DNA of 48,946 nt from an uncultured Candidatus Saccharibacteria bacterium (GCA_964565615.1 CAZMFO010000004.1:1-48946); one strand, 5' to 3'; shown: positions 15,768-25,972, counted from the first letter of the stretch. Notes: generated by a model from the letters alone, not told the origin. Numbers and translations are program-made.

Positions 15768-17534
15768 GTGAAGTACCTAATCAATATCTTAAAACTGTCA
15801 TCTTCTCTATGGAGATACTACTTAGCCATTAGCCTATTAAGTGTTTTGGTGGCCCTATCTGGGCTGGTTACTCCTTTGCTTTCTGGGCGAGCAATTGATC
15901 TATTAAGGTCTGGCACAGATAGTTTATCAACCCTGCTGGTGATTTCTGTCTTGATATTTTTAGCGGACATATTTTCTACTTTGGTGTCTAACTATGGAGG
16001 CTATTTAGGTGATGTGATGACATCTAAGCTAGAGCGTATTTTGAGTACACGGTACTACCAGCACTTGCTACAGTTGCCACAGACCTATTACGATAGCGAA
16101 CTTTCTGGCAAGATAATAAATCGCTTAAATAGGTCCATTACTCAAATAGGCAATTTTGTCCATATGTGGTGTAATAACTTTTTGCAGTTTGTTTTTAGCA
16201 CCATTTTGTCATTAGGCATTATTGCTTACTTTAGCTGGCCAATAGCTTTACTTTTGTTTTTGCTGTACCCAATTTATGTATTTATGACCATTAAAACTAG
16301 CGGAAAGTGGTTAAAATATCAGGCAAAAATTAACAAAAATTGGGATATCGCCTCTGGCCGATTTGCCGAGAGTATTACCCAGATTAAGGTAGTAAAAAGT
16401 TTTGTTCGCGAGGCTTCTGAACTGCGACATTTTGACAAATACTACAAAAAAATTACCAGTATTGTTTACCCACAGTCTAGACTTTGGCATAACCGCGATA
16501 TTCAGCGTCGCTTGATATTGAATATCATTTTTTTGGGAGTGTACGCGTTGATTTTTTATCAGGCTACCCAAAATCAATATACGCCCGGGCAGGCTGTAAC
16601 CTTAATTTTGTATGCTATGCAAATTAGAATTCCAATTTTTACCATTAGTTTTTTGGTAGATAACACACAGCGAGCTATTGCCGATAGCAAAGATTATTTT
16701 GATGTTATGGCTATTAAGTCGCAAATTTTAGACCTACCAAATGCGACCACGCTTAAAGTTAGCTCTGGAGGCATTGAGTTTAAGGATGTAAGCTTCTCGT
16801 ACGGCAACGCACTAGTTTTAAACAAAATCTCTCTTAAAATTAAGCCCTCATCAAAAATTGCTCTGGTTGGCGAGAGTGGAGAGGGTAAAACCACTTTAAC
16901 AAATTTGATAATGCGTTTTTACGAACCGAACTCGGGACAAATCATCATTGATGGGCAAGATATAGCTACGGTAACACAAAGTAGTTTACGACAGAACATT
17001 GGTGCGGTTTTTCAGGAATCGGCATTATTTAGTGGAACGATAAAAGAGAACATTTCATACGGTAGGCCAAACGCTAAACAAAAAGATATAGAAGAAGCAG
17101 CCAAAATGGCAAATGCACATCAGTTTATTAGCGAACTAAAAAAGGGTTACGATACAGAGATAGGCGAGCGTGGCTTAAAGCTCTCTGGCGGGCAAAAACA
17201 ACGAATAGCTATTGCTAGAGCACTTCTTAAAGACGCCCCGATACTAATTCTTGATGAGGCGACCAGTAGCTTAGATAGCAAGAGTGAGCGAATGGTGCAA
17301 GAAGCCCTTGAGAGGCTGATGGAGAACAGGACAACCATTGTTGTGGCTCATCGTTTAAGTACTATACAAAATGTTGATACCATAGTTACGCTCAAGAAAG
17401 GCAAGATAGACGAGGTTGGCACACCAGCGGAGCTAGCAAAATCGGGCGGTATCTATTCTCGCTTACTAGAGTTGCAACGCGAGGGTGTTTCTTCTGGCAA
17501 AGAGCGTTTACAAAAGTTTGATATCGCCAGCTAG
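15768..17534 (+). CDS. ABC exporter, fused permease/ATPase (MsbA/multidrug-like)
   Basis: N-terminal TM domain, GESGEGKT, LSGGQKQR, ILILDEATSSLD and AHRLST. Confidence 0.93.
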   Translation: MKYLINILKLSSSLWRYYLAISLLSVLVALSGLVTPLLSGRAIDLLRSGTDSLSTLLVISVLIFLADIFSTLVSNYGGYLGDVMTSKLERILSTRYYQHLLQLPQTYYDSELSGKIINRLNRSITQIGNFVHMWCNNFLQFVFSTILSLGIIAYFSWPIALLLFLLYPIYVFMTIKTSGKWLKYQAKINKNWDIASGRFAESITQIKVVKSFVREASELRHFDKYYKKITSIVYPQSRLWHNRDIQRRLILNIIFLGVYALIFYQATQNQYTPGQAVTLILYAMQIRIPIFTISFLVDNTQRAIADSKDYFDVMAIKSQILDLPNATTLKVSSGGIEFKDVSFSYGNALVLNKISLKIKPSSKIALVGESGEGKTTLTNLIMRFYEPNSGQIIIDGQDIATVTQSSLRQNIGAVFQESALFSGTIKENISYGRPNAKQKDIEEAAKMANAHQFISELKKGYDTEIGERGLKLSGGQKQRIAIARALLKDAPILILDEATSSLDSKSERMVQEALERLMENRTTIVVAHRLSTIQNVDTIVTLKKGKIDEVGTPAELAKSGGIYSRLLELQREGVSSGKERLQKFDIAS

Positions 17535-17591
17535 AGAGTCTTAAAGTTTGGTTTGTGGGATTGTTGATGATTATCGTATATACTAATCCTT

Positions 17592-18047
17592 ATGAGCAGA
17601 AGATCAGTCAGGGCTATCGTTGTTAAAGACAATAATTTGTTAGTAATGTTTCGTAATAAGTTTGGCGTCAAGTATGTAACGCTAGTCGGAGGGACAGTAG
17701 AAATGGGTGAGTCATTAGAGCAGTCTGTCCTTAGAGAGGTGCAAGAAGAGGCAAGTATTCAGGTGGCTAACCCACGATTAGTGATGATAGATCACGCCGA
17801 TTTTTACGGCGACCAGTATGTGTATTATTGCGATTATTTGTCGGGCGAGCCACAGTTATCAGCACAATCGCCAGAGTTAGCAATTCATAAAATGGGCAAA
17901 AACCTTTACGAACCGGGTTGGTTACCGCTGTCCGAGTTATCTAAAGTGCCGTTCCTTTCAAAAGAACTACAAGAAGCAATTATTAAAGCTACTACTTCTG
18001 GGTGGTCAACCGAGATCGTTGAGTTTTCTAGTAAACGAAATGTCTAA
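17592..18047 (+). CDS. NUDIX hydrolase
   Basis: Nudix box GGTVEMGESLEQSVLREVQEEASI. Confidence 0.92.
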   Translation: MSRRSVRAIVVKDNNLLVMFRNKFGVKYVTLVGGTVEMGESLEQSVLREVQEEASIQVANPRLVMIDHADFYGDQYVYYCDYLSGEPQLSAQSPELAIHKMGKNLYEPGWLPLSELSKVPFLSKELQEAIIKATTSGWSTEIVEFSSKRNV

Positions 18048-18139
18048 TGCGGTAAATAATACCTCATAATTCTACTTGTTTGTTTTGTTTTAGAGGTGGA
18101 CCTTTGCTATACTTTAAAACACTACAAAAGGAGGAATAA

Positions 18140-18685
18140 GTGGCACAAACAACACAACGAGCGTTTGCATTGAGCCTAGCAATTTTGTTTATTATAACGA
18201 CAGTTGGTTTTAGTGGTTATGTAGTCTGGGAGATGTTTAAGGGTAAGGACAGCCAATCCCAGTCTATTGAACAAGAACTAGCCAATAGTGCAAAAGAAAC
18301 TAAGCAAGAGGAGGATCCATTGAAAGGGCAACCATTAGATAACTTTACGCCAATGCCAGAGGTTACCGAACTTAAGATTGAAGATACAAAAATAGGTGAG
18401 GGTGCAGAGGCAAAACCAGAGTCTAGTGTAACCGTACACTACACAGGGGCAATTGCCAGTACTGGTAAGATTTTTGAAAGCTCCCTAGGGCGTGGTGAAC
18501 CAGTTAGTTTTCCCCTAGCTGGGGTAATTGCTGGCTGGAAAGAGGGTATTCCCGGTATGAAGGAGGGTGGCAAACGCCGTTTGATTATCCCAGCAGAAAA
18601 GGCTTACGGAGAACAATCGCCATCACCTGATATTCCACCAAACTCTGACTTAGTATTTGATGTAGAGTTGATCAAGGTGCAATAG
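18140..18685 (+). CDS. FKBP-type peptidyl-prolyl isomerase, N-terminally membrane anchored
   Basis: VTVHYTG, VIAGWKEGI.GMKEGGKRRLIIP...AYG, IPPNSDLVFDVEL. SD aggagg. Confidence 0.95.
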   Translation: MAQTTQRAFALSLAILFIITTVGFSGYVVWEMFKGKDSQSQSIEQELANSAKETKQEEDPLKGQPLDNFTPMPEVTELKIEDTKIGEGAEAKPESSVTVHYTGAIASTGKIFESSLGRGEPVSFPLAGVIAGWKEGIPGMKEGGKRRLIIPAEKAYGEQSPSPDIPPNSDLVFDVELIKVQ

Positions 18686-18691
18686 CAAAAA

Positions 18692-18740
18692 ACACAACAT
18701 ATAGCGTCTTGACTTAAACCATAAGCACTACATATAATGA
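18692..18740. promoter_or_regulatory. Tandem NrdR-like boxes overlapping a sigma70 promoter
   Basis: acacaacatatagcgt (18692-18707; 14/16 to acaCwAtATaTwGtgt) and gcactacatataatga (18725-18740), 33 bp apart. Promoter TTGACT 18709-18714 / TATAAT 18733-18738. Confidence 0.65.
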
Positions 18741-18855
18741 TTTATGTACCATAAACGGACATTAATTTTAAAATAAACAACCGACCAGACTACCGTATGG
18801 GAGCCTTCTATGAGAGCAGAAGGGGTGGTCAAGTCGCTAAGAAGGGAGTCATACA

Positions 18856-19104
18856 ATGGCAAAAAATATTACGATCTATACAACCAACACCTGCGGTTAT
18901 TGCACTATGGTTAAAAAGTTCTTGACGGCAAAAGGGCAAACCTACGAAGAGGTAAATCTAGACCAAGACCCAGCACGCCAACAAGAGGCTTTGGCGATTA
19001 GTGGTGCCTTAACTGTGCCGGTAACAGTTGTTACTAAAGAAGACGACTCTAAAGAAGTCGTTGTTGGCTATAACCTTGCTAAACTTGCACCAGCATTAGG
19101 TTGA
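18856..19104 (+). CDS. NrdH-like glutaredoxin
   Basis: ITIYTTNTCGYC, TVPVT, VVGYN. NrdR-like boxes upstream and trxB downstream. Confidence 0.88.
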   Translation: MAKNITIYTTNTCGYCTMVKKFLTAKGQTYEEVNLDQDPARQQEALAISGALTVPVTVVTKEDDSKEVVVGYNLAKLAPALG

Positions 19105-19175
19105 GCTCGCTTGTTGTTAAGATTGGAACTCTCTGTGCCAAGAGGTATTGATAGATAAGTATTAGGAGGAGAAAT

Positions 19176-20102
19176 ATGACAGAAAAGACCATTGATGTAG
19201 TAATGATAGGTGCTGGCCCAGCCTCATTGAGCGCCTCTATTTATACCACCCGTGAGGATATCAAAACGGTTTTATACGAAAAGGGAGTAATTGGCGGGCT
19301 AGCGGCCATTACAGATTGGGTAGATAATTATCCGGGTTTTCCAAAGGGCATTGCAGGGCTTGATTTAGCAGAAGATTTGCGTCAGCAGGCAGAACGTTTC
19401 GGGGCAGAGATTAGATTGGGAGAGGTTTTTAGGATTTCTCTTAATAAAGATGGAACAAAGACCCTAGCAACTACCGACGGGGATATTACGGCAAAAGTAG
19501 TTTTGATTGCTACAGGTAGTGATTATAAAAAACTTGGTATTCCGGGTGAGCAAGAATATTATGGGCGTGGAGTACACTATTGTGCGACCTGCGATGGAGC
19601 ATTTTACCGAGACAAACCCCTTGTGGTCGTTGGTGGTGGCAATTCGGCTGTTCAAGAGGCTCTATTTTTGACTAGGTTTGCAAGTAAGATTGATATGCTA
19701 ATAAGAAGTGAGTTGCGAGCCTCTGATGTTTTAATAAAAGAGCTCAAGGCTAACCCTAAAATTACTGTACACACAGGGACAACTACCGATGAAATTATTG
19801 CACAAGATAACAAAGTGATTAAAGTTGTTGGTTCTAAAGCCGGAAAAAAACAGGAGTTTCCGACGGATGGAGTTTTTGTCTTTATTGGTTTACTGCCCAA
19901 TACAGGATTTTTAAAAGATAGCGATATAAAGCTCGACGATATCGGCCTGATTGTAACTGATCAGCATCTTCAAACAAGTATGAAGGGGGTGTTTTCTGCT
20001 GGTGATGTAAGAAGTGGGGCAACTATGCAGATTGCTTCTGCGGTTGGCGAAGGGGCAACAGCAGCTTTACGTATTCGGGAGTATCTAGAGGGCAAGCTGT
20101 AA
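19176..20102 (+). CDS. trxB: Thioredoxin reductase
   Basis: IGAGPA, NYPGF, GVHYCATCDG, VVGGGNSAVQEA and FSAGDVR motifs. Confidence 0.96.
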   Translation: MTEKTIDVVMIGAGPASLSASIYTTREDIKTVLYEKGVIGGLAAITDWVDNYPGFPKGIAGLDLAEDLRQQAERFGAEIRLGEVFRISLNKDGTKTLATTDGDITAKVVLIATGSDYKKLGIPGEQEYYGRGVHYCATCDGAFYRDKPLVVVGGGNSAVQEALFLTRFASKIDMLIRSELRASDVLIKELKANPKITVHTGTTTDEIIAQDNKVIKVVGSKAGKKQEFPTDGVFVFIGLLPNTGFLKDSDIKLDDIGLIVTDQHLQTSMKGVFSAGDVRSGATMQIASAVGEGATAALRIREYLEGKL

Positions 20103-20106
20103 ATCT

Positions 20107-20769
20107 TTAATATCCCGAAAAGGAGTCGGTAACAATTTGGTTTTTAGGAATGTTGTTGTGTTGGAGAGTATCGGATACATTTGCAACAAATGTCGGCGAG
20201 CCAGAAATATACGTTAAGGCGTTTGGCTTTTGATTATTGAGTCTCAACAATTCTTGTAGGATATTTTTGTCATTGTCGGCAACAGAGTATTCTGCTTTAA
20301 AGTTATCAAAAAGTTGATGTTCAATAATGTCATCACTAGATCGAACAGAGTAGAGTATCTTAATATTACTCGAATTGTGGCTATCGGCTAACCACTTAAC
20401 AATACTACGAACAGGAGTAATCCCAACTCCGTTAGCCACAAAAATTACCGGCTTTGCTTTGTCTATGGGTAGCACAAAATCACCCATCGGCTCTGTGTAG
20501 GTAATTTCTTGATTTGGTTTAAGTTCCAGAAGAGCTTGTTTAAAAGTTGAAGCATTTGTTTTAATTCGAGTAGTAATTGCCAGTTGGTTTTCTGTTGGCG
20601 AAGAGTAGACCGTAAACCAGCGTTTTGTTCCTCGACTGTCTGGGTGGTTATGTGGCAATGAAACTTCGATATATTGGCCGGGCACATTGTTGATTGGTTT
20701 TTCTGTATCAAACCAAAAGGAATAGATTTCGTTGGTGAGTTGATGGATTTTGTTTAACCTAGCCCTCAT
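20107..20769 (-). CDS. FAD/NAD(P)-binding oxidoreductase (ferredoxin reductase-like)
   Basis: PGQY, RWFT..SSP, GDFVLP, ANGVGITPVRS and YISGSP motifs. Confidence 0.85.
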   Translation of the reverse strand: MRARLNKIHQLTNEIYSFWFDTEKPINNVPGQYIEVSLPHNHPDSRGTKRWFTVYSSPTENQLAITTRIKTNASTFKQALLELKPNQEITYTEPMGDFVLPIDKAKPVIFVANGVGITPVRSIVKWLADSHNSSNIKILYSVRSSDDIIEHQLFDNFKAEYSVADNDKNILQELLRLNNQKPNALTYISGSPTFVANVSDTLQHNNIPKNQIVTDSFSGY

Positions 20770-21431
20770 TTTGATTTAAAGTGTTTAAATTGGTTAGGAT
20801 AATCGGTGCAAATATCAATATCTCGATATAAAAACTTAAATAATCTCCCCACCCAATCCTTATTGAGGGTGTATGTGTACACATCAAGATTGTTATATTT
20901 TGCTAGAAGGTAAGTTATTGGATTAACGATACCATAGTGTAATCCTACTCCGTCAGCCTTTAATTTTTTGGCTTGGTTGATAATTTCGAAGGGACTGTGG
21001 TGCTCTAAGATATAGCAATAGCTTACTGGTCGATATCTTTTTATTTCTCGGATTGCAGAATGGTGAAAAGAGGCAAACTTAATATCTACAGTTGGATGTT
21101 TGTCGGTTACTTTAAATATATCTTCTGGATCAATGCTTTCTTTTAGTTCTATTATTGCTCCTTTATTAGGCAGTAGCTTAAGGGCATCATCTAAGGTTGG
21201 TAGGTTTGGGCAGGGTGTTCGCAGTTGCTTAAGGGTGCAGTCTTTAATTTTAAGGTCAACTCCGTAAGTGCGGATTAAGTTGGAGTCGTGGCAAAGTACG
21301 AGCTTGCCGTCGCGCGTGGCGCGAATATCAATTTCTATGGCGTCCGCCCCAAATTGTAAGCCTTCTTTTATGCTTTCTAGCGTGTTCTCAAGCGCAAGAC
21401 CGGCGGCCCCGCGGTGTCCGATTATTTTCAT
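20766..21431 (-). CDS. Glycerophosphodiester phosphodiesterase
   Basis: IIGHRGAAG...ENTL, EIDIRATRDG.LVLCHD, IIELK, CTDYP. Confidence 0.92.
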   Translation of the reverse strand: MKIIGHRGAAGLALENTLESIKEGLQFGADAIEIDIRATRDGKLVLCHDSNLIRTYGVDLKIKDCTLKQLRTPCPNLPTLDDALKLLPNKGAIIELKESIDPEDIFKVTDKHPTVDIKFASFHHSAIREIKRYRPVSYCYILEHHSPFEIINQAKKLKADGVGLHYGIVNPITYLLAKYNNLDVYTYTLNKDWVGRLFKFLYRDIDICTDYPNQFKHFKSK

Positions 21432-21522
21432 CTTATATCTATTGTACTATAATGTTTAATGATGGCTGAATAATCGTTTGTTTGCTTATTTAGCGGTTTA
21501 GACTAATTATAAAGGAGGAATA

Positions 21523-22053
21523 ATGGCGGATTTTAATAAGATACTAGATGCTGGCGATGTAGATGGTGGTGTAATCAATACGGTGATTGAAATACCAAAG
21601 TGGTCAACGCTGAAAATTGAGTGGAACCGTAAGCTGGCGATCTTTGAACTTGATCGCGTGGAACCAAGCATTTTTGCCAAGCCCGTCAACTACGGATTTA
21701 TCCCACAAACATTAGATGAAGACGGCGACGAGCTTGATACTTTGGTGCTGACCAACGATCCAATCCCGACAGGCGTCTATCTAAAGGCTAGAGTTGTTGC
21801 CGTGTTGCGATTTGTGGATGATGGCGAGGTGGACGACAAGATTATTTGTGTGCCAGAGGACGACCGCAACACCGACAATGCCATTACCTCACTAGATGAT
21901 TTGCACGAACAATGGCGCAAGAAGATTGAACATCACTTCAATCACTACAAAGACCTCAAGAAACCTGGCTCTACAGTGGTAAAGAGTTGGGGAGACGCCG
22001 AAGAAGCCAAGCAAATCATCAAAGAATGCCAAACCCGCTGGCAGAATCGATAG
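21523..22053 (+). CDS. ppa: Family I inorganic pyrophosphatase
   Basis: EIPK, PVNYGFIPQTLDEDGDELD, DDGEVDDK, F.HYKDL. SD aaggagg. Confidence 0.95.
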   Translation: MADFNKILDAGDVDGGVINTVIEIPKWSTLKIEWNRKLAIFELDRVEPSIFAKPVNYGFIPQTLDEDGDELDTLVLTNDPIPTGVYLKARVVAVLRFVDDGEVDDKIICVPEDDRNTDNAITSLDDLHEQWRKKIEHHFNHYKDLKKPGSTVVKSWGDAEEAKQIIKECQTRWQNR

Positions 22054-22057
22054 GAAT

Positions 22058-22735
22058 ATGAGTAGAATAATAGTAACTGGCGCAAGTGATGGAATTGGCA
22101 AAAGCTTAGCTATTGAGCTTGCAAAAGAGGGGCATGACTTAGTTTTGTTTGGTCGAAATGAGCGACGCCTAAAAGAGACTGCAACAAAAGCTAATGATGC
22201 AGAATATTACTCCTTTGACCTAAATAATTACGAAGCTATGTCTCAAGCCGTCAACAAAACTCTTAAGAATGGTGGTGTTGATGTGCTTATAAATAATGCA
22301 GGTATTTGGCATAAAATGGTTGACTTAGAAGCCATCCCCCATAAGGTAATAGAAGATGTTATTAATACAAACTTAGCTTCACAGATATTATTGACTCAAA
22401 AACTTTTGCCACACATTCGTAATCGGGAAAACAGCTTCATCGTCAATATCGTGTCAAAATCTGGTATCACCGCACAAGCTGGGCAGTCTGTTTATTCGGC
22501 TAGTAAATGGGGTTTACGAGGTTTTACGGATGTACTCCGTGTGGACACAAAAGAAGATAAAGTGCATGTAATTGGTGTATACCAGTCTGGTATAAACACC
22601 AAACTTTTCGAAAAAGCTGGTGATGACTTCCCGGTAGAGCAGTTTACTAACCCGGATGACCTGGCCAGAGTTATTGCCTTCACCCTAAAGCAACCACCAA
22701 ATTTAATAGTTAACGAGATAAGAATTGATAGATGA
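22058..22735 (+). CDS. Short-chain dehydrogenase/reductase
   Basis: TGASDGIG, NNAG, catalytic YSASKW. Confidence 0.93.
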   Translation: MSRIIVTGASDGIGKSLAIELAKEGHDLVLFGRNERRLKETATKANDAEYYSFDLNNYEAMSQAVNKTLKNGGVDVLINNAGIWHKMVDLEAIPHKVIEDVINTNLASQILLTQKLLPHIRNRENSFIVNIVSKSGITAQAGQSVYSASKWGLRGFTDVLRVDTKEDKVHVIGVYQSGINTKLFEKAGDDFPVEQFTNPDDLARVIAFTLKQPPNLIVNEIRIDR

Positions 22736-22799
22736 TGGATAGGACGCATACATCAACTGGTCTGAAAGTTCTAACGCATGCTCAACTGGCAGAAAACCG

Positions 22800-23471
22800 A
22801 TGAAAAATCATTATATTGTTTATTCGCATGGCTTCGGTGTTCGTAAGGATGATCGTGGCTTATTCACAGATATTACAAAAGCGTTTCCGGATGCTAGGCA
22901 TAGAATGTTTGACTACAACGAGTTTGACGAGAATTCTAATACACTGATTGCTAGACCGCTTGATCAGCAGGCTGTCATTCTTAGCCAACAAATTGAGGCC
23001 GTACGCCAGGAATACTCAGAAGCTATTATTGATATCATTGCTCATTCTCAAGGTTGTGTGGTAGCTAGTCTAGCGAAGCCTTCGAATATTCGCAGAGTTA
23101 TATTTCTTGCTCCGCCGGCTCAGTTTTTGGGGTTGGAAAAGAAGGAGATATATTCGTTCAGACCAAATACTGTCACTGACGAGGATGGTACGATCCGCAT
23201 GCCTAGACGGGACGGCTCTACAACAATTATTAAAGAGGATTTTTGGAAAAGCCGTGATGGCATTAAGCCTATCGAGCTATATAATGTACTTGGTAAACAA
23301 ACGGAGCTAACTATTATCACTGCAACAAAAGACGAGGTGCTTGCAAACACAGACTTCACTGGCCTCGTGAAATCTATCAGAATCATAGAACAAGAAGCTA
23401 ACCACGACTTTACCGGCGAATATAGAGAACCTCTCCTCAAGCAAATTACAAAGGTGTTACAGAATGACTAA
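22800..23471 (+). CDS. Alpha/beta hydrolase
   Basis: HGFG, nucleophile elbow AHSQG, DEVL, ANHDF. Confidence 0.8.
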   Translation: MKNHYIVYSHGFGVRKDDRGLFTDITKAFPDARHRMFDYNEFDENSNTLIARPLDQQAVILSQQIEAVRQEYSEAIIDIIAHSQGCVVASLAKPSNIRRVIFLAPPAQFLGLEKKEIYSFRPNTVTDEDGTIRMPRRDGSTTIIKEDFWKSRDGIKPIELYNVLGKQTELTIITATKDEVLANTDFTGLVKSIRIIEQEANHDFTGEYREPLLKQITKVLQND

Positions 23472-24066
23472 ATATGTACTCAATTCTGGTGGCATAAAAA
23501 ATGCTCCAGAGCTCAAGAAACAATTTCATCTAGAGATTGTCAAAGGTTTAGGTAATTCACCGAAATTTCTTCTTTGTAATTTTGCCCAGGCTCGTGAATA
23601 TTGGGAGGTTAAGTTTCGGGGGTATTCCAATGCGATAAGCGAAGATATGCCCGAAGGAATTGTGCCGACCTTTGATCTGGCGATGCCCGATAAGTTTGCC
23701 GAGCAGTGTAAACAAGCAGATGTGATTTACTTTCACGGTGGCGACGAACACCTACTGAACTACTGGATGAATCAATTTGATATTCCAGCAATCTTTGAAG
23801 GAAAGGTCGTGGCGACAAACTCTGCAAGCTCTGATATGCTCAGTGTTGCTTTCTGGACTTGTGATTGGCGTGAAGTTCACGAAGGCTTCGGTATCCTGCC
23901 TATAAAGTTTATCCCTCATTATCAATCGAATTTTGGCGATGACGACTCTCGTGGACCGATTGATTGGCAGAAAGCTTACGATGAGCTCGCAAATTATGGA
24001 GACACTAGCTTACCTATCCTTGCCTTAAAAGAAGGCGAGTTCAAGGTATTCGAAATAGAAAACTAG
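23464..24066 (+). CDS. Peptidase S51 / type 1 glutamine amidotransferase-like protein
   Basis: ADVIYFHGGD, 'VVATNSASS' (variant of G.SAG), FIPHY. Confidence 0.75.
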   Translation: MTKYVLNSGGIKNAPELKKQFHLEIVKGLGNSPKFLLCNFAQAREYWEVKFRGYSNAISEDMPEGIVPTFDLAMPDKFAEQCKQADVIYFHGGDEHLLNYWMNQFDIPAIFEGKVVATNSASSDMLSVAFWTCDWREVHEGFGILPIKFIPHYQSNFGDDDSRGPIDWQKAYDELANYGDTSLPILALKEGEFKVFEIEN

Positions 24067-24133
24067 ATTATTAATACGATTTTGCTTGTGGTAAAATAAC
24101 AGCAATGATAGATATTATAAGTGGGGGTAACAA

Positions 24134-25147
24134 ATGAAGACAAAAGTTGCAATTAATGGTTTTGGGCGTATTGGGCGAAACGCTTTTAAGATAGCGTTTG
24201 ATAGATCGGATGTGGATATTGTCGCCATTAACGACTTAACAAAAACAGAGGTTCTTGCCTATTTGTTAAAGCACGATACAAACTACGGGGCTTATGAGCG
24301 AAATGTATCTTTTGATGAGCATAACTTGATAGTTGACGGGTATAAAATACCTGTTACTGCCGAGAAAGACCCCAAAGCTTTACCATGGAAGGAGCTTGAG
24401 GTTGACGTGGTTATTGAATCAACCGGACGCTTCACAAAAAGTGAAGACGCGAAGATGCATATTACAGCGGGAGCAATGAAGGTTGTAATTTCTGGCCCGA
24501 CAAAGAGTGGCGATATTGACACAATAGTACTTGGCGCAAATGATGATAAGTTAGCTAAAAGCACAGATGTTATTAGTAATGCTAGTTGTACAACAAACTC
24601 GCTTGCTGCAATTATGTCAATAATGGATGAAGTTTTTGGAGTTGAGAAAGCTATGCTCACGACAGTTCATAGTTATACCGCAAGCCAGGTTTTGCAAGAT
24701 GGACCAGCTAAAGATATGCGTGAGTCTCGTGCGGCAGCCGAAAATATTGTTCCAACAACAACAGGCGCAGCGATTGCTACAACTTTGGCTGTGCCAGAAT
24801 TAAAAGGTAAATTTGATGGGATGAGTGTGCGGGTTCCAACATCAGTCGTTTCATTAAGTGATGTTACGATGGTGTTAAAAAAGCCCACTACTAAAGAACA
24901 AATCAATAAGGCGTTGAGTGAGGCTGTTAAAGAGCCTTTTTATCAAGGGATTTTGGATGTTACTGATGAGCCTTTGGTGAGTAGTGATTTTATTGGCAAT
25001 AGTCACTCTGGGATTATTGATTTGCAACTAACTAATGTAGTTGGTGGTAATTTGGCTAAAGTGGTAATTTGGTATGACAACGAATGGGGTTATAGCAACC
25101 GGTTGGTCGAGGTTGTTGCCGATGTCGGCAAGCAAATCAATCAATAA
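24134..25147 (+). CDS. gap: Type I glyceraldehyde-3-phosphate dehydrogenase
   Basis: INGFGRIGR, SNASCTTN, PTTTGAA, WYDNEWGYS. Confidence 0.98.
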   Translation: MKTKVAINGFGRIGRNAFKIAFDRSDVDIVAINDLTKTEVLAYLLKHDTNYGAYERNVSFDEHNLIVDGYKIPVTAEKDPKALPWKELEVDVVIESTGRFTKSEDAKMHITAGAMKVVISGPTKSGDIDTIVLGANDDKLAKSTDVISNASCTTNSLAAIMSIMDEVFGVEKAMLTTVHSYTASQVLQDGPAKDMRESRAAAENIVPTTTGAAIATTLAVPELKGKFDGMSVRVPTSVVSLSDVTMVLKKPTTKEQINKALSEAVKEPFYQGILDVTDEPLVSSDFIGNSHSGIIDLQLTNVVGGNLAKVVIWYDNEWGYSNRLVEVVADVGKQINQ

Positions 25148-25158
25148 GTGATGAAGGT

Positions 25159-25521
25159 ATGGATGATAATTCACTAAACAACAGTTTATCTCAGAATAAT
25201 TTTGCAGAACAAAAGCTACATCAGGAAGTTACTAATACTAATCAGAGTTCAGTTTCCGGAGCGGAGATTCAGCCAACGCAAAATGATGGTGTAGTAAAAA
25301 AGATCAAAAAGCGTTTTTTTATTATTTTGGTAACGTGGCTATTCGCGTTACCGGTAGCTTTAGCATTGTCGATCTATTCTCGAATAATTTATAGGGATGC
25401 TCCAGATGCTGTTATGGCTTTTATTAATATAACAACGATACTGTTAGGATTTTATGCATTACTAGGGTGGATACTATTGATAATTTTTGGGACAAAATGG
25501 AGTAGTCTGAGTAAGAAATGA
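25159..25521 (+). CDS. Hypothetical membrane protein (2 TM)
   Basis: Polar N-terminus and two hydrophobic helices. ATGA overlap with rpiB. Confidence 0.65.
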   Translation: MDDNSLNNSLSQNNFAEQKLHQEVTNTNQSSVSGAEIQPTQNDGVVKKIKKRFFIILVTWLFALPVALALSIYSRIIYRDAPDAVMAFINITTILLGFYALLGWILLIIFGTKWSSLSKK

Positions 25522-25961
25522 AGATTTTTATCGGGGCAGATCATAACGGGTTTCGTTTAAAGGAGCATATCGAACATTATTTACGAAGTTTGGGATATGA
25601 TGTTAAAGATGTGAGTGGTAATAAATTTGATCAAGATGATGATTACCCGATTCATTCAGCTAAAGTAGCAACAAGCGTCTTGGCTACTCCGGGTAGCGTG
25701 GGGATACTACTTTGTGGAAGTGGGCAGGGTGTTTGTATGAGTGCCAATCGTTTTAAGGGTATTAGGGCTAGTTTGGTGTGGAACGAGGCAGAGGCTCGAG
25801 TTTCGCGCAATGATGACGATGCAAATATACTGTGCTTGCCGGCCAGAGAATTTCCGAAACTTGACGATGTTAAGCAGATTATTGATATTTGGCTTAATAC
25901 TCCATTTGGTGGAGCAATTCGTTACACGCGAAGAATTAAGCAAATGGACCAACTTACATAG
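25518..25961 (+). CDS. rpiB: Ribose-5-phosphate isomerase B
   Basis: IGADHNG, DDYP, GILLCGSGQGVC.SANRFKGIRA, R..NDANILCL. Confidence 0.95.
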   Translation: MKIFIGADHNGFRLKEHIEHYLRSLGYDVKDVSGNKFDQDDDYPIHSAKVATSVLATPGSVGILLCGSGQGVCMSANRFKGIRASLVWNEAEARVSRNDDDANILCLPAREFPKLDDVKQIIDIWLNTPFGGAIRYTRRIKQMDQLT

Positions 25962-25972
25962 AGGAACAGAAT

